Source of the DNA: Escherichia phage vB_Eco_mar003J3
Sequence record: NC_048203.1
Reading direction: 5' to 3' (one strand)
Length of the DNA stretch: 64,000 nt
Positions within the stretch are counted from its first letter, which is position 1. Each line of letters begins with the position of its first letter. Shown here piece by piece: positions 26,372-36,307 of this stretch. The notes beneath the pieces are model-generated. The model was given only the letters and a program-made list of their open reading frames with translations. It made no database searches and was not told where the DNA came from. The position numbers were made by a program, and so were the translations under genes.

Positions 26372-27211
26372 GTGAGGAATTGTACAGTGCGTAGATTAAT
26401 TATTATTAGCGGTGCAGGTTTGAGTGTTGGAAGTGGTGTACGAGCTTTTCGTACTGATACTGCTAGTGGTAAAGCACTGTGGGATGATTATGATCTAGAA
26501 GAAGTATGTAATATTCATGCCTTTCGTGGTAATTTTTATCATAAAACCCATATGTTTTACAACAAGCGTCGTGAAGAGCTAAAAACTGTTGAACCCAATC
26601 TTGCACATTTGCGTATTGGTGAATGGTATAAACAATATCCAGGTCAAGTAGTAAACTTGACTACCAATGTTGATGACCTTATTGAACGTGCTGGCGTTCC
26701 ACATAGTGACATTCTGCACATTCACGGATATTTAAAAGAGGTTGTTGTAGCTGACAGCTACAATAGTAGTAATAAACGAATTATTGATGTTGGGTATAAC
26801 TCTATTGACCCAGATGATTATAAATGGGTTAAACCTAATGTAATCTTCTTTGGTGAGCATGCTCCAGCATATACAGAAATGTACAATGTTTTTGATGGTA
26901 TTACCAGTCAAGATATGATCATTGTGGTTGGTTGCTCTAACCAAGTAATTAACTTCTACTGGGAATTATTTCCTGTTCTTAATTTGACTGCTGCCAAATT
27001 AATGGTAGTTAACTACTATGATAGTGCCCTGGCGACAGAGCCAGGCTATCAAGGTATGACTCGTAGTGAGATGTACCAGCTGGAAGAACGCGGTATCCCT
27101 TACTGGAGTAAAGGGGCTGTAGATGCCTTCAGTGACCCTGATTTTATTGCTCGTGTAGAAGCTCATCTAGAGGGTAGACCTTATATGCCGGGGAAACAAA
27201 TATGTCCATAA
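26372..27211 (+). CDS. Sir2-family NAD+-dependent deacylase / NAD-utilising enzyme
   Basis: 279 aa; ISGAGLSVGSGVRAFR (GAGIS...GIPxFR-like), TTNVDDL (TQNIDxL-like), HG dyad. Confidence 0.7.
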   Translation: MRNCTVRRLIIISGAGLSVGSGVRAFRTDTASGKALWDDYDLEEVCNIHAFRGNFYHKTHMFYNKRREELKTVEPNLAHLRIGEWYKQYPGQVVNLTTNVDDLIERAGVPHSDILHIHGYLKEVVVADSYNSSNKRIIDVGYNSIDPDDYKWVKPNVIFFGEHAPAYTEMYNVFDGITSQDMIIVVGCSNQVINFYWELFPVLNLTAAKLMVVNYYDSALATEPGYQGMTRSEMYQLEERGIPYWSKGAVDAFSDPDFIARVEAHLEGRPYMPGKQICP

Positions 27212-27384
27212 TTAAATCTGTGTATACACACCCTGATGATATATTTGTATGGGCGGATGGTAGTTGGTGCTACCGATGTGAGCTATGGGAAATGGACTAT
27301 AAATCTGATGACTATGGTGTCATATATGTTGATACGGTTGAGTATGATACGTTCTTAGAAAGGGACAAAAATGGAAATAAGTAA
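27202..27384 (+). CDS. hypothetical protein (60 aa)
   Basis: ORF only. Confidence 0.4.
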   Translation: MSIIKSVYTHPDDIFVWADGSWCYRCELWEMDYKSDDYGVIYVDTVEYDTFLERDKNGNK

Positions 27385-27877
27385 TACTCCTGTGATTTTC
27401 CTGGATATTGATGGGGTGCTCAATTCGAGCATCTCTCACCATCATGCTCCAGATAGTGAGAAGCTATTCTTTGGTGGTGATTGGGTTTACAAGCCATTAC
27501 TCCAGGCTTTTAAGAACTTTCTTAAGCCATCCCCAATAATGATTGTTTGGGTATCTTCATGGTTTTCTGTACGAAACGAGATGGAGAACGTCCAGATTAT
27601 GACCGGACTCGGTTTGATCGATCGTTTTCTTGGTACTACAGATTTTACTGGTGGCGGTTTATCTCGTGGTAATTCTGTCTTACGTTTTGTCGAAAAATAT
27701 AAGCTCAAGCATTGGTGTGTCCTAGATGATGCTGGTGCTATGATGTATCAATTTCCTACTGTTATTGTAAATGGCAGGACTGGAATAAACCTTCAAGATT
27801 TAAATGCTATCAGCTATATGCTGGAGTTTAGTCCAGATCTTGAAATGTGTAAGGCTCTTCAGAAACTTAAGGTGTAA
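27371..27877 (+). CDS. HAD-superfamily hydrolase (phosphatase/nucleotidase-like)
   Basis: 168 aa; motif I FLDIDGVL near N-terminus. Confidence 0.6.
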   Translation: MEISNTPVIFLDIDGVLNSSISHHHAPDSEKLFFGGDWVYKPLLQAFKNFLKPSPIMIVWVSSWFSVRNEMENVQIMTGLGLIDRFLGTTDFTGGGLSRGNSVLRFVEKYKLKHWCVLDDAGAMMYQFPTVIVNGRTGINLQDLNAISYMLEFSPDLEMCKALQKLKV

Positions 27878-27879
27878 AT

Positions 27880-28308
27880 ATGTTCAATAATATTTTCATG
27901 AAAGAGGTAAATCCTATGCTTCTCAACTTCTGGCGCTCTCTCCCTAATGGTATGTATAATGAAACCATCAATCTGCTCAAGATTTGGTGTGAGAATAACG
28001 ATATCTTCTTATCCTTTAAAGGCCCGCTAGAGGAAGCTCCGTGTATTGGAGTTAGCGTGGATTTAGGGGAGGGAGTAGAAGAGATTGTAGACTGGAAAGA
28101 ACTCGATGAAATGGGTCTGGTTTTTGCCTTGAATCATAAGCTGTTTATGCCTGCAAATCACCGTCTTATTGTAAATTATCGCACTGGTGAAGCTCCTGCT
28201 TTCCAGGTAAATGAACGTGAGGGCTGGTCATATTCGCCCGAGGAAGTAAATGAGGGGATTCAGAAACTTCGTCGTTTCGGGTATATGATCCCAGGTTTAA
28301 CTGCTTAA
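27880..28308 (+). CDS. hypothetical protein, paralog A of tandem pair
   Basis: 142 aa; shares W.ELDEMGLVFALN...GYMIPGL with next ORF. Confidence 0.5.
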   Translation: MFNNIFMKEVNPMLLNFWRSLPNGMYNETINLLKIWCENNDIFLSFKGPLEEAPCIGVSVDLGEGVEEIVDWKELDEMGLVFALNHKLFMPANHRLIVNYRTGEAPAFQVNEREGWSYSPEEVNEGIQKLRRFGYMIPGLTA

Positions 28309-28317
28309 GGAGGCAGA

Positions 28318-28713
28318 ATGGAACAAGTATTTTGGCGTCAGATAGATCCTAGTTTGGTAGAGCGTGCTGAGGGGCTCCTTGCACGTTGGTTGGGGGTTGA
28401 CAAGGTTAGTGTAACATTTCCGTTTACTTCTGTAACAGACCCTAGTGTAGGTGTCTTTGTGGACGAAGGTGAAGATGATGGTTGGGAAGCTGACTGGAAT
28501 GAATTGTCCAGCATGGGCTTGATTGTTGCCCTCAACTTCTCTATATTCCATCCACGTGGCTTAGCCATTACACGTGACCCCGAAACTGGTGAATCCCCTT
28601 ATCTTTTGCAAGTAGAAGATGATATTTGGGAGTACACCGAAGATATTCTCGAAGAAGCTAAAACTCAATTAGATAGTGTTGGGATCTATGTACCAGGCCT
28701 AAATGATGATTGA
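28318..28713 (+). CDS. hypothetical protein, paralog B of tandem pair
   Basis: 131 aa; W.ELSSMGLIVALN...GIYVPGL. Confidence 0.5.
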   Translation: MEQVFWRQIDPSLVERAEGLLARWLGVDKVSVTFPFTSVTDPSVGVFVDEGEDDGWEADWNELSSMGLIVALNFSIFHPRGLAITRDPETGESPYLLQVEDDIWEYTEDILEEAKTQLDSVGIYVPGLNDD

Positions 28714-28785
28714 TTTTCATTAACTAAACTCTATAATCCGGACTATTAGTGCTCGGATTATTACCTAATCTTTCCAGTCGATTGA

Positions 28786-28833
28786 TTGTCAAAATAAATT
28801 GTCATTGACAATTTGGATGGATTATGTAATAAT
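28786..28833 (+). promoter_or_regulatory. candidate promoter with palindromic operator-like repeat
   Basis: ATTGTCA-T-TGACAAT perfect palindrome containing TTGACA, 17 bp from AATAAT. Confidence 0.35.
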
Positions 28834-28852
28834 ATATGTATTGGAGGTGAGG

Positions 28853-29305
28853 ATGTCATTCACACAGCAGGAACTTTTAGATAACTTCCGATATGAAGAT
28901 GGTAAGTTATTTAGAACTACAGGAAGAAATGCAGGGAAAGAATGTTGTGTTTCTACGGGTAACGGATATTATCGTATATCTCTAGGGAATAGGACTATGC
29001 TTCGGCATAGAGCAATATTTTTAATGCATCATGGATACTTACCTGATTTAGTAGATCATGTGAATACTATAAAAGGCGATGATCGTATTGAAAATCTTAG
29101 AGAGCAGACAGTATCCGGTAATCTAAGAAATATCAAATATAAGAAAGGAATGCATGTTTACCCTTCTGGTAGTAAGAACTGGCAAGTAGTATTTACTATT
29201 AATCGTAAACGAGTAGTTAAAGGAACATATGATAACTATGAAGTTGCATGTTCTATGGCCAAGATGTTTAGAGGTCAATTATACGGTAGAGAATCAATCC
29301 AGTAA
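28853..29305 (+). CDS. HNH homing endonuclease
   Basis: Start at MSFTQQ (SD GGAGGTGAGG); LVDHVNTIKGDDRIENLR core. Confidence 0.7.
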   Translation: MSFTQQELLDNFRYEDGKLFRTTGRNAGKECCVSTGNGYYRISLGNRTMLRHRAIFLMHHGYLPDLVDHVNTIKGDDRIENLREQTVSGNLRNIKYKKGMHVYPSGSKNWQVVFTINRKRVVKGTYDNYEVACSMAKMFRGQLYGRESIQ

Positions 29306-29313
29306 AATTTCAT

Positions 29314-29343
29314 TTGCAAGGGAGTATTATTTTATAGTATAAT
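29314..29343 (+). promoter_or_regulatory. sigma70-like promoter (TTGCAA, 18 bp, TATAAT)
   Basis: Heads a roughly 490-nt ORF-free leader. Confidence 0.45.
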
Positions 29344-29837
29344 ATTCCCATAAATGAGAGACATTAGTAAAAATTGATTTTGCTAATTTTTCTTGTTTAC
29401 AATCCGCAATACGGAACAGTTAGGCTGCCCCATTAAGGGTTGTTTTAACTATTACTAGTGTTTATACTGCATTAGTTAATTATCAATTAAGTGATCTGCG
29501 TACCCTGAATTCGGAAAGGTAAATCCAAACCGTGCATATTTAGCTCGTTATATAGGCAGAGCTTTATATGGGGGTGCGAACGAAAAGAGCAGCGAATGGT
29601 GACACGTCCAGTAGCCACCTACCAATAGGATAGTGAGGGCAATCAGAATCGGCTTAGCGGCCAATGACCTAGGTTCTGATCTGGATAAGAGTTAAGAGAG
29701 CGCAGCACTGAGGTATGATAACTTATTCATACTGCTTGATGATTATTAATGTTTGTGTAAATGGTAGTAATAGTTGTTCTATTCTTTTGAATAGTCCTAA
29801 AGAAAGATATCCGAATAACCAACATAGGAGTATTGTT

Positions 29838-32627
29838 GTGTTCTCAATCCTACAAGGTCACGCAGGATTTTCCAGAGATAAAGCCACTGGCATCTGGAAA
29901 GAGATCAAAGTGGAAGATTACACCTTTGCAAAGCGATTCTCTAAAGAGCATCCAGAAGGTAAACCAGCTTCCATGCCCTTCAAATTTGACGTACTTGAAG
30001 AACTTGACCCGCAAAACCTTGCTGAAATGTTACCTATCATGCGTCGTCTTACCAAAGACCCGCATATTGTAGCTATTCGTGGTAAATGTCTAGCTCCAAA
30101 AGATAATGTGCGTCGTACCAGAGGAAACTTTAACGTATCCAATCCTAGTCATATTATCGCTATGGACGTGGATGGTATTGTAGATACTGGTGGCTATGAC
30201 AAGTTTAATCTTGTTGGCATGGCACGTCATATTATTAAGATGTTGAATAGTATTAGTGAGGATATGTTTCCTCTTGATGCAGGGTTTATTGCTCATGCAT
30301 CGTCTTCGGCTGGATTAAAACCAGGTATCCGAATGCACTTAATGCTAGAATCTAATGTCAAGGTAACGCAGGGGCAATTAAAATTCTTATTTACATCCAT
30401 CAATGACAGTAGTAAGCAAAAGTATGGCTTTGATATTGCTGACTTAGCTTATTATTCTTCTGTTCAGCTTCACTATTTCGCAGATCCCTTATTTGATGAT
30501 GGTATAGTCGATCCGTTTAAAGCGGAGAATAAACCACGTCTTGTGTATGTTAAGGGTTCGAAAGTGAATCTACCCAATAACCTAGTTGACTTTGAAACAA
30601 CTAGAGGTGAGTTTAAAGAAGAATTCTACTCCTTACTTGACCAAATTAAAGGCAAGAAGGCTGCATCTGATAAAGTGGAAGAAACCATCAGCGAACTAGA
30701 AGAAGCTGAGGATGGGGTGTACCTGCGTATTATCCCAAAACTTTATCACAGAGCGTTAGAAGATGGTGTTGACTTTACGTGGTTAGAACGTGAGATTAAA
30801 CCAGCTTTATCTGAATATATTGCAACTAAAGATAATAGTCGTAATATTCAAGATTACTTTAATAACGGTCGTAAGCAGGCTCTCAAAGCCTTTGTAAATA
30901 ACTCCAAACGTGAGATTCCACCCAACTTAAAAGGTGTACCATTAAAACGTCTGGACACAGATTCTCCACCAGAAGTTCCATACCTGAAAATTAACATTGT
31001 ACCACCAAAAGGACATTTAACATTTGTTAAGGCAAGTCTTGGTACGGGTAAAACTACAGCAGTAACTAAGTGGCTAGATGCAGGTGTTCTTCCAGGGAAC
31101 TTTATTGCAATCACAAATACTAGGGCACTTGTATCTTCTAACGCGAAGAAATTCGGTGCTGGCCAGTATGATAAGTCAGTTGATATGCTGAACTTCAAAC
31201 GTGGTGCTATTGATCGTATGTCTTCAACTATTCACTCTATCCATAAGTTCAAGAGCTTTGTGGGTCAGATTGATACGATCTTTATTGATGAATGTGACGC
31301 AGTAATGAATGATCTGTTATTCGCTCCTGTTGTTAAAAACCGTCGTGAATGTATTCAGGTTCTTCGTGATATCCTTATTACTGCTAAAACTGTTATCTTA
31401 TCTGATGGTGATATCAGTGCAGAAACGATTGAAGCCTATGGTTCTTTGATTGATTTTGATAAACCAGTTGCATTCTATAATCATCACCGTAAAATGCTGG
31501 CGAAAGCTCACGCTTATGAATTCCCTGACGAATCCAGTATTTGGGTTGCACTTCAAACATCTCTAGAGATGGGTGAGAAGTCAATCCTAGTATCTGACTG
31601 TGGACCAGATGAACTGAATGAAAAGGGAATGGCGTTACGTCGTAATACTGGTGCGTTAGTTAAAGAAATTCACTCAAACTCTACGTCTGATATAGATATC
31701 AGACGTATTCTGGATTATACAACTAATGAGCTAATTGATCAACAGATTGATTGTTTGTTATGTAGTCCATCTGTAACTAGTGGTGTTGACTTTAACTATT
31801 TTGATAACGTATTCGTAATCACTAGAACCTCAAACCAAGCGCCAAACATGCGTTTTCAAGCAATCAGGCGCGACCGTGGTGCTCAGAACATTTATTATTT
31901 TATTGATAAATCTACGAGTGGATTCTCTGCGGGTTCCGAGCAATATAATATTGACGAGGGTTGGATTGAGTTAGCTCAGCAACTGTACGCACGCCGTCGT
32001 GAGCTGGAATCTAGAAACTATACCAGTACTTTGCGTTATTATCTTCTCGATCAAGGTGCAACTATTGATATCTTCAGTGAAAGCTGGGGGACTATCGAAG
32101 GTGCAGGCAAAGAGTATACAGAAGAGCGAATCAAAGCTATTCTGCACTCAACTCCTGAATATTGCGCACCACGTCATGCAGATGCCTATGAAGCCAAGTT
32201 ACTTCTGGTTCGCTATTATCATCTGGATTCTATTAAAGATGTAACAGTGGAACACGTTGAACAGTATATCAAGGATAAACCGAATGATCGAGCTGCATTT
32301 TTCCATAAGATGCACGAGATGTTCTGGGAAGATATTAAAAAGTGTTCAAACGTAACAATCAAACCGTTTATCGAAGCTCTTAAGAATAAGAAGAAAGATT
32401 TCTTCCTTAAGACAGGTCAGAGCGCTAACCCAAAGTATGCTCGTATGTATCTTGGCATGATGGGTATCGGTAAAGATCTGGATACGGAAAAGATTGTGGA
32501 CTGGTACAGAACTTACTGTAAGATCGAATGTATGCCGATTCCAGTTAAGTTTATGACAGATGAAGAACGTCAGATGCATGAGGAAGCTCTTGCTGAATTG
32601 GGAGCTAGAAATGACAGTGAAGAATAA
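29838..32627 (+). CDS. P-loop NTPase, putative replication origin-binding / SF2 helicase-like protein
   Basis: Central Walker A GTGKTTAVT, DE-type Walker B FIDECDAV; start set to GTG after GGAG; track start 29715 rejected. Confidence 0.5.
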   Translation: MFSILQGHAGFSRDKATGIWKEIKVEDYTFAKRFSKEHPEGKPASMPFKFDVLEELDPQNLAEMLPIMRRLTKDPHIVAIRGKCLAPKDNVRRTRGNFNVSNPSHIIAMDVDGIVDTGGYDKFNLVGMARHIIKMLNSISEDMFPLDAGFIAHASSSAGLKPGIRMHLMLESNVKVTQGQLKFLFTSINDSSKQKYGFDIADLAYYSSVQLHYFADPLFDDGIVDPFKAENKPRLVYVKGSKVNLPNNLVDFETTRGEFKEEFYSLLDQIKGKKAASDKVEETISELEEAEDGVYLRIIPKLYHRALEDGVDFTWLEREIKPALSEYIATKDNSRNIQDYFNNGRKQALKAFVNNSKREIPPNLKGVPLKRLDTDSPPEVPYLKINIVPPKGHLTFVKASLGTGKTTAVTKWLDAGVLPGNFIAITNTRALVSSNAKKFGAGQYDKSVDMLNFKRGAIDRMSSTIHSIHKFKSFVGQIDTIFIDECDAVMNDLLFAPVVKNRRECIQVLRDILITAKTVILSDGDISAETIEAYGSLIDFDKPVAFYNHHRKMLAKAHAYEFPDESSIWVALQTSLEMGEKSILVSDCGPDELNEKGMALRRNTGALVKEIHSNSTSDIDIRRILDYTTNELIDQQIDCLLCSPSVTSGVDFNYFDNVFVITRTSNQAPNMRFQAIRRDRGAQNIYYFIDKSTSGFSAGSEQYNIDEGWIELAQQLYARRRELESRNYTSTLRYYLLDQGATIDIFSESWGTIEGAGKEYTEERIKAILHSTPEYCAPRHADAYEAKLLLVRYYHLDSIKDVTVEHVEQYIKDKPNDRAAFFHKMHEMFWEDIKKCSNVTIKPFIEALKNKKKDFFLKTGQSANPKYARMYLGMMGIGKDLDTEKIVDWYRTYCKIECMPIPVKFMTDEERQMHEEALAELGARNDSEE

Positions 32628-32844
32628 AAAGTGGGAAACAAGGAAGTTTCCAGTAAAAGAACGTAAAACTTCTGTTTACGATACTGCGGAGAAACTATGT
32701 AGGGTTGTACCACCTCGTCTCGCTGGCATCCCTAATGTCTCCATATGGTTACTTAAACAACGGAAGACTCGTGTGTCTCTTCGCATTGGCTTTGAGTTAG
32801 ATAAAGTCTATGCTGAACTTGCTTCTTTGCTCAAAGAATCATAA
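32611..32844 (+). CDS. hypothetical protein (77 aa)
   Basis: Start at MTVKNKK after GGAG; track start 32560 rejected. Confidence 0.4.
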   Translation: MTVKNKKWETRKFPVKERKTSVYDTAEKLCRVVPPRLAGIPNVSIWLLKQRKTRVSLRIGFELDKVYAELASLLKES

Positions 32845-32913
32845 AAATTTTATTTGCTTTCAGGAAAAATTTTCTGTATAATAGATTCATAAATTTGAGA
32901 GAGGAGTTTAAAT

Positions 32914-33618
32914 ATGGCTGGTTCTCGTAGAAAGAAACTTATCCATGAAATCCCTGATGAAACCTTTAAAAAGGTCATTGAACATCTGGAGAACGGTGGT
33001 ACTAAGAAAGCAGCATGTGAGATGCTCGGTGTTTCTTCTAACCCAACTATGGAACGAATGATCGAAGAATGGAGAGATCGTCAGGTTCAAGTTGCGGAAA
33101 TGAAAAAGAAGAAGCGTGGAACACTGATTGAGGGTGTTGAGCTTGCAAACGTAATTGAACAGTATCTTTCTGGTGATTCTTTTGAAGAAATTGCTGATCG
33201 TAACTATCGTTCTGTAGCGATGATTAAATCTGTTCTGGAACGTTATGGTGCTCTGCTTCGTTTAAACGATATTGTTGATCCATTGAATCCTCCGTTGATT
33301 CCTGATGATGCAATGGCAGAAGAATTTGAAGTTGGTGAACTTGTTTGGGTTCCTGGCTATCAGTGTATTGGTGAAATCAAGAAAGCAATGACCAACCCAG
33401 TTGGCTGCTACCGTGTTTGGTTGTTATCAGAAGGTAAACAACAGAACGTTCACTATATGCACTACGAATTAGCTTCTGTTAAACATCTGGAAAAGCTGGG
33501 TGTTGATGTTAAGGCTCTGGGCTTTAAGTGGAGTCGTGAAGAAGTTATCACGTTGGTTAATGAAGCTGTTAAAGCTGCCCTGAAACTAGATAAAGAGAAA
33601 GGAAAACGTCGTGAGTAA
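32914..33618 (+). CDS. DNA-binding protein with N-terminal HTH
   Basis: 234 aa; GGTKKAACEMLGVSSNPTMERMI helix-turn-helix-like. Confidence 0.45.
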   Translation: MAGSRRKKLIHEIPDETFKKVIEHLENGGTKKAACEMLGVSSNPTMERMIEEWRDRQVQVAEMKKKKRGTLIEGVELANVIEQYLSGDSFEEIADRNYRSVAMIKSVLERYGALLRLNDIVDPLNPPLIPDDAMAEEFEVGELVWVPGYQCIGEIKKAMTNPVGCYRVWLLSEGKQQNVHYMHYELASVKHLEKLGVDVKALGFKWSREEVITLVNEAVKAALKLDKEKGKRRE

Positions 33619-33847
33619 ACTAACTGATCTGTTAAAAGCTGGAGACGTAAAATATCTCCAGCGAACTAGTTGGGAAAATAATAAAGATTACACAGTAATC
33701 CTGAAATTCTTTGTAGATAGCAATACCGTACGCCAGTACGTGTGGATGCCTTTTGATACATCATTATTCCCAAGTGATGAAGTGTGTGAACTAACCCTAG
33801 AAGAAGCCCTGGCCGACGATTGGGAGATCGTTGAACTAGATGTGTAG
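33611..33847 (+). CDS. hypothetical protein (78 aa)
   Basis: GTG start overlapping previous stop. Confidence 0.4.
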   Translation: MSKLTDLLKAGDVKYLQRTSWENNKDYTVILKFFVDSNTVRQYVWMPFDTSLFPSDEVCELTLEEALADDWEIVELDV

Positions 33848-33954
33848 CAGTTACTGAAAAATTTCAGTTGCTTAATCCTGTAATTCTTGATATAATATTC
33901 TCATAGTTTGAAAGAACTATTCTGTTTAATTCTTAATTAAGGAAATCGAAAAAT

Positions 33955-34365
33955 ATGACTACTCCAACTCAGTGGACTGATGAACTGTTCGAAAAAATGT
34001 CTTCCGACTACGTTGCTCGTATGGAGCAATTCCCAGAAGATGAGCGTCCGGGCGTTAGCATGGAAATTGTTAGCGAAATTGCTCAGGAAAATGGTGTAAC
34101 TCCGAACGGTTTCCGTATGAAGCTGACCAAAGCAGGTCTGTATATCAAGAAAGCTGCTGGCTCTACTTCTAAATCAAGCGCATCTACTGGAGAAAAAGCT
34201 TCTGGTGGTTCTCGTACTTCCAAAGCTCAGGCTCACTCCGATCTTCGCTCTGCATTCTCTGATGCTGGCTTAGCCCCGGACTTCCTGGACGACGCAATCA
34301 TCGACAAGCTGACCGGTAAAGCAGCTGCTCATCTGGCAGAAGCTATCCGAGCTATCACTAAGTAA
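33955..34365 (+). CDS. hypothetical protein (136 aa), Ser/Ala-rich linker
   Basis: SD AAGGAAA upstream. Confidence 0.5.
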   Translation: MTTPTQWTDELFEKMSSDYVARMEQFPEDERPGVSMEIVSEIAQENGVTPNGFRMKLTKAGLYIKKAAGSTSKSSASTGEKASGGSRTSKAQAHSDLRSAFSDAGLAPDFLDDAIIDKLTGKAAAHLAEAIRAITK

Positions 34366-34401
34366 TTCTTAGATAAATCCACCAACACAAGGAATACAGT
34401 T

Positions 34402-34698
34402 ATGAATAAAGCTGAAATTATTGCTCAATGCGAAAAATTTGGTGAGTTTTATCTTCATTACGAAAAACTTCGTCAGAAAGGAACCACGTACCTTCAGGGT
34501 ACGATGGAATTTGATCCAGCTCAGGATAAATACCTGGCTGAGCGTATTAAACGTGAGCGCATCCGTAAGCCGAAAGAAGATGAAATCCTCGTTTTCTCTC
34601 GTACTAATGATAGCTTCCGTTTCATTCCTGTTGCGAAAGTTCGCCGTGTGACGAGCCTCCAGTCAGAGTTAGATCGTGCTTCTCCAGTAGGCCGATAA
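34402..34698 (+). CDS. hypothetical protein (98 aa)
   Basis: ORF followed by terminator. Confidence 0.5.
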   Translation: MNKAEIIAQCEKFGEFYLHYEKLRQKGTTYLQGTMEFDPAQDKYLAERIKRERIRKPKEDEILVFSRTNDSFRFIPVAKVRRVTSLQSELDRASPVGR

Positions 34699-34708
34699 GA
34701 AACCAATT

Positions 34709-34735
34709 AGCCCCTATATGGGGCTTTTTGTGTAT
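34709..34735 (+). terminator. rho-independent terminator
   Basis: AGCCCC-tatat-GGGGCT then TTTTTGTGTATTT. Confidence 0.65.
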
Positions 34736-34748
34736 TTGGGATATGTAA

Positions 34749-35057
34749 ATGAGCGATCAGGTAAATCAAAACTATGAAGGACACGTTGACGACCAGTCCA
34801 TCATGCTTTGGGAGAAGGAGGGGGAACAAGTAAGACTAACCGTATCTGAATTTCGTGGGAATCTATACATGGGAATTCGTTACTGGCTCCAAGATATTAC
34901 TGGAGAGTGGTTTCCAACGAAATCCGGCTTCTCTTTTCCTTATACCCTAGAAACTACATCACAGCTATTCTACGCTTTTACGCAAATCCTCAGTGAATCA
35001 GAGGTCTTGCATGAAGTACAGAAACGAGCTGAAGAACTCAAAGCCAAGAATGTCTAG
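34749..35057 (+). CDS. hypothetical protein (102 aa)
   Basis: ORF followed by terminator. Confidence 0.5.
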   Translation: MSDQVNQNYEGHVDDQSIMLWEKEGEQVRLTVSEFRGNLYMGIRYWLQDITGEWFPTKSGFSFPYTLETTSQLFYAFTQILSESEVLHEVQKRAEELKAKNV

Positions 35058-35075
35058 TTCTTGGCTTTTTCTTTA
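35042..35075 (+). terminator. rho-independent terminator
   Basis: AGCCAAGAA...TTCTTGGCT then TTTTTCTTT. Confidence 0.6.
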
Positions 35076-35084
35076 TAAATGTAC

Positions 35085-35113
35085 TTGCTTTCGACTCAGT
35101 TTTCATATATAAT
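35085..35113 (+). promoter_or_regulatory. T5-type promoter (TTGCTT, 17 bp, TATAAT)
   Basis: Plus-strand reading. Confidence 0.6.
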
Positions 35114-35124
35114 ATTTATATAAA

Positions 35125-35343
35125 TTGATGAGAGGATCAATTATGGCAATGACAATAACACTTCCAAAGATTCAAGCAAAACTTAATTTGCTCTCCATAG
35201 CAAGAATCAATTACCAGGATAGTATCGGCACTCCAAACCAGAAAGCGTACAAAGATGCGTGGTTGAAAGAAGCTGCTGATTTAGCTGGTATGGCTGCGCA
35301 GTATAGTAAAGAACTCAAAATGGAAATCGCAGATGATGAATAA
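35125..35343 (+). CDS. hypothetical protein (72 aa)
   Basis: SD GAGAGGA upstream. Confidence 0.45.
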   Translation: MMRGSIMAMTITLPKIQAKLNLLSIARINYQDSIGTPNQKAYKDAWLKEAADLAGMAAQYSKELKMEIADDE

Positions 35344-36307
35344 TGTAAAAGACTTTATTAAACGTTGTCAAGAAGCGTACTACCAGGGAATGAGTCTTAT
35401 TTCCGATGAAGAATATGATCGTCTGATTAAAAGATTCCCACTAGAGGAAGAAATCGGACCGAAAGGTGATATCCCTCATTTGTATCGTATGTATTCTTTG
35501 CAGAAAGTCTATTACGATCGTGGTGATAAAGCTCCATTCAACCCACTTGGTCAGGTTGAAACTGATAAGTTAGATGGTTGTGCGATTTCTCTATTATATA
35601 TTAATGGTGAGTTTGTTCAAGCGTTAACTCGTGGTAACGGTATTCTAGGAAATGATGTAACGCATAATGTTAAAATGCTGAACATCCCCAAAACTATTTC
35701 CCAAAAAGTACCAACTCAAATCACTGGTGAAGTTCTCATTACTAAAGAAGTAGAGAACAAACGTAACTATGCTTCTGGTGCTATTAACCTGAAAGATAGT
35801 GATGATTTCATGCAACGTATTGGTGAAGGTGGTTTAATCTTCGTTGCATATGGTATCCAGTGTTCAGCGGAAACAGTCGGTATTACAGAAGCCTATTTAA
35901 AAGATATGCTTTGGCTAGAGAATGAGAACTTCTTGACAGTTGTTAATGTTCGTTCCTTTTTTAAATGGATTCCGACGGACGGTAAAGTTGTTCGTATTAA
36001 CGACAACAATAAATTCTTCCGTGAAGGTTGGACTAATAAATTTCCTCGTGGTGCATTTGCTATTAAAGAGGATGAAGAAGGCGAAATTACCACACTTGTT
36101 AAAGTTGAATGGCAAGTAGGGGCTTCTGGTAAAGTAACTCCAGTTGGTTATTTCGAGCCGGTGATTATTGATGATGCCACAATCGTTAAAGCAACTCTTA
36201 ATAACGTTGATTATATTAACGCTCTCGATTTAGAGATCGGTTGCCAGATTCGAGTGATTCGTGCTGGTGGTGTAATCCCTTGTATAGTAGAGCGAGTATA
36301 CGACTAA
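35333..36307 (+). CDS. NAD+-dependent DNA ligase, adenylation (N-terminal) subunit
   Basis: 324 aa; LISDEEYDRL Ia-like start and KxDG adenylation motif KLDG. Confidence 0.8.
   Translation: MMNNVKDFIKRCQEAYYQGMSLISDEEYDRLIKRFPLEEEIGPKGDIPHLYRMYSLQKVYYDRGDKAPFNPLGQVETDKLDGCAISLLYINGEFVQALTRGNGILGNDVTHNVKMLNIPKTISQKVPTQITGEVLITKEVENKRNYASGAINLKDSDDFMQRIGEGGLIFVAYGIQCSAETVGITEAYLKDMLWLENENFLTVVNVRSFFKWIPTDGKVVRINDNNKFFREGWTNKFPRGAFAIKEDEEGEITTLVKVEWQVGASGKVTPVGYFEPVIIDDATIVKATLNNVDYINALDLEIGCQIRVIRAGGVIPCIVERVYD

Noticed and set aside
29715-29837. ORF-track start of the 970-aa protein at 29715
   Set aside because: No SD, and the N-terminal 41 residues are low-complexity; a GGAG-spaced GTG at 29838 is more credible, though unverified.
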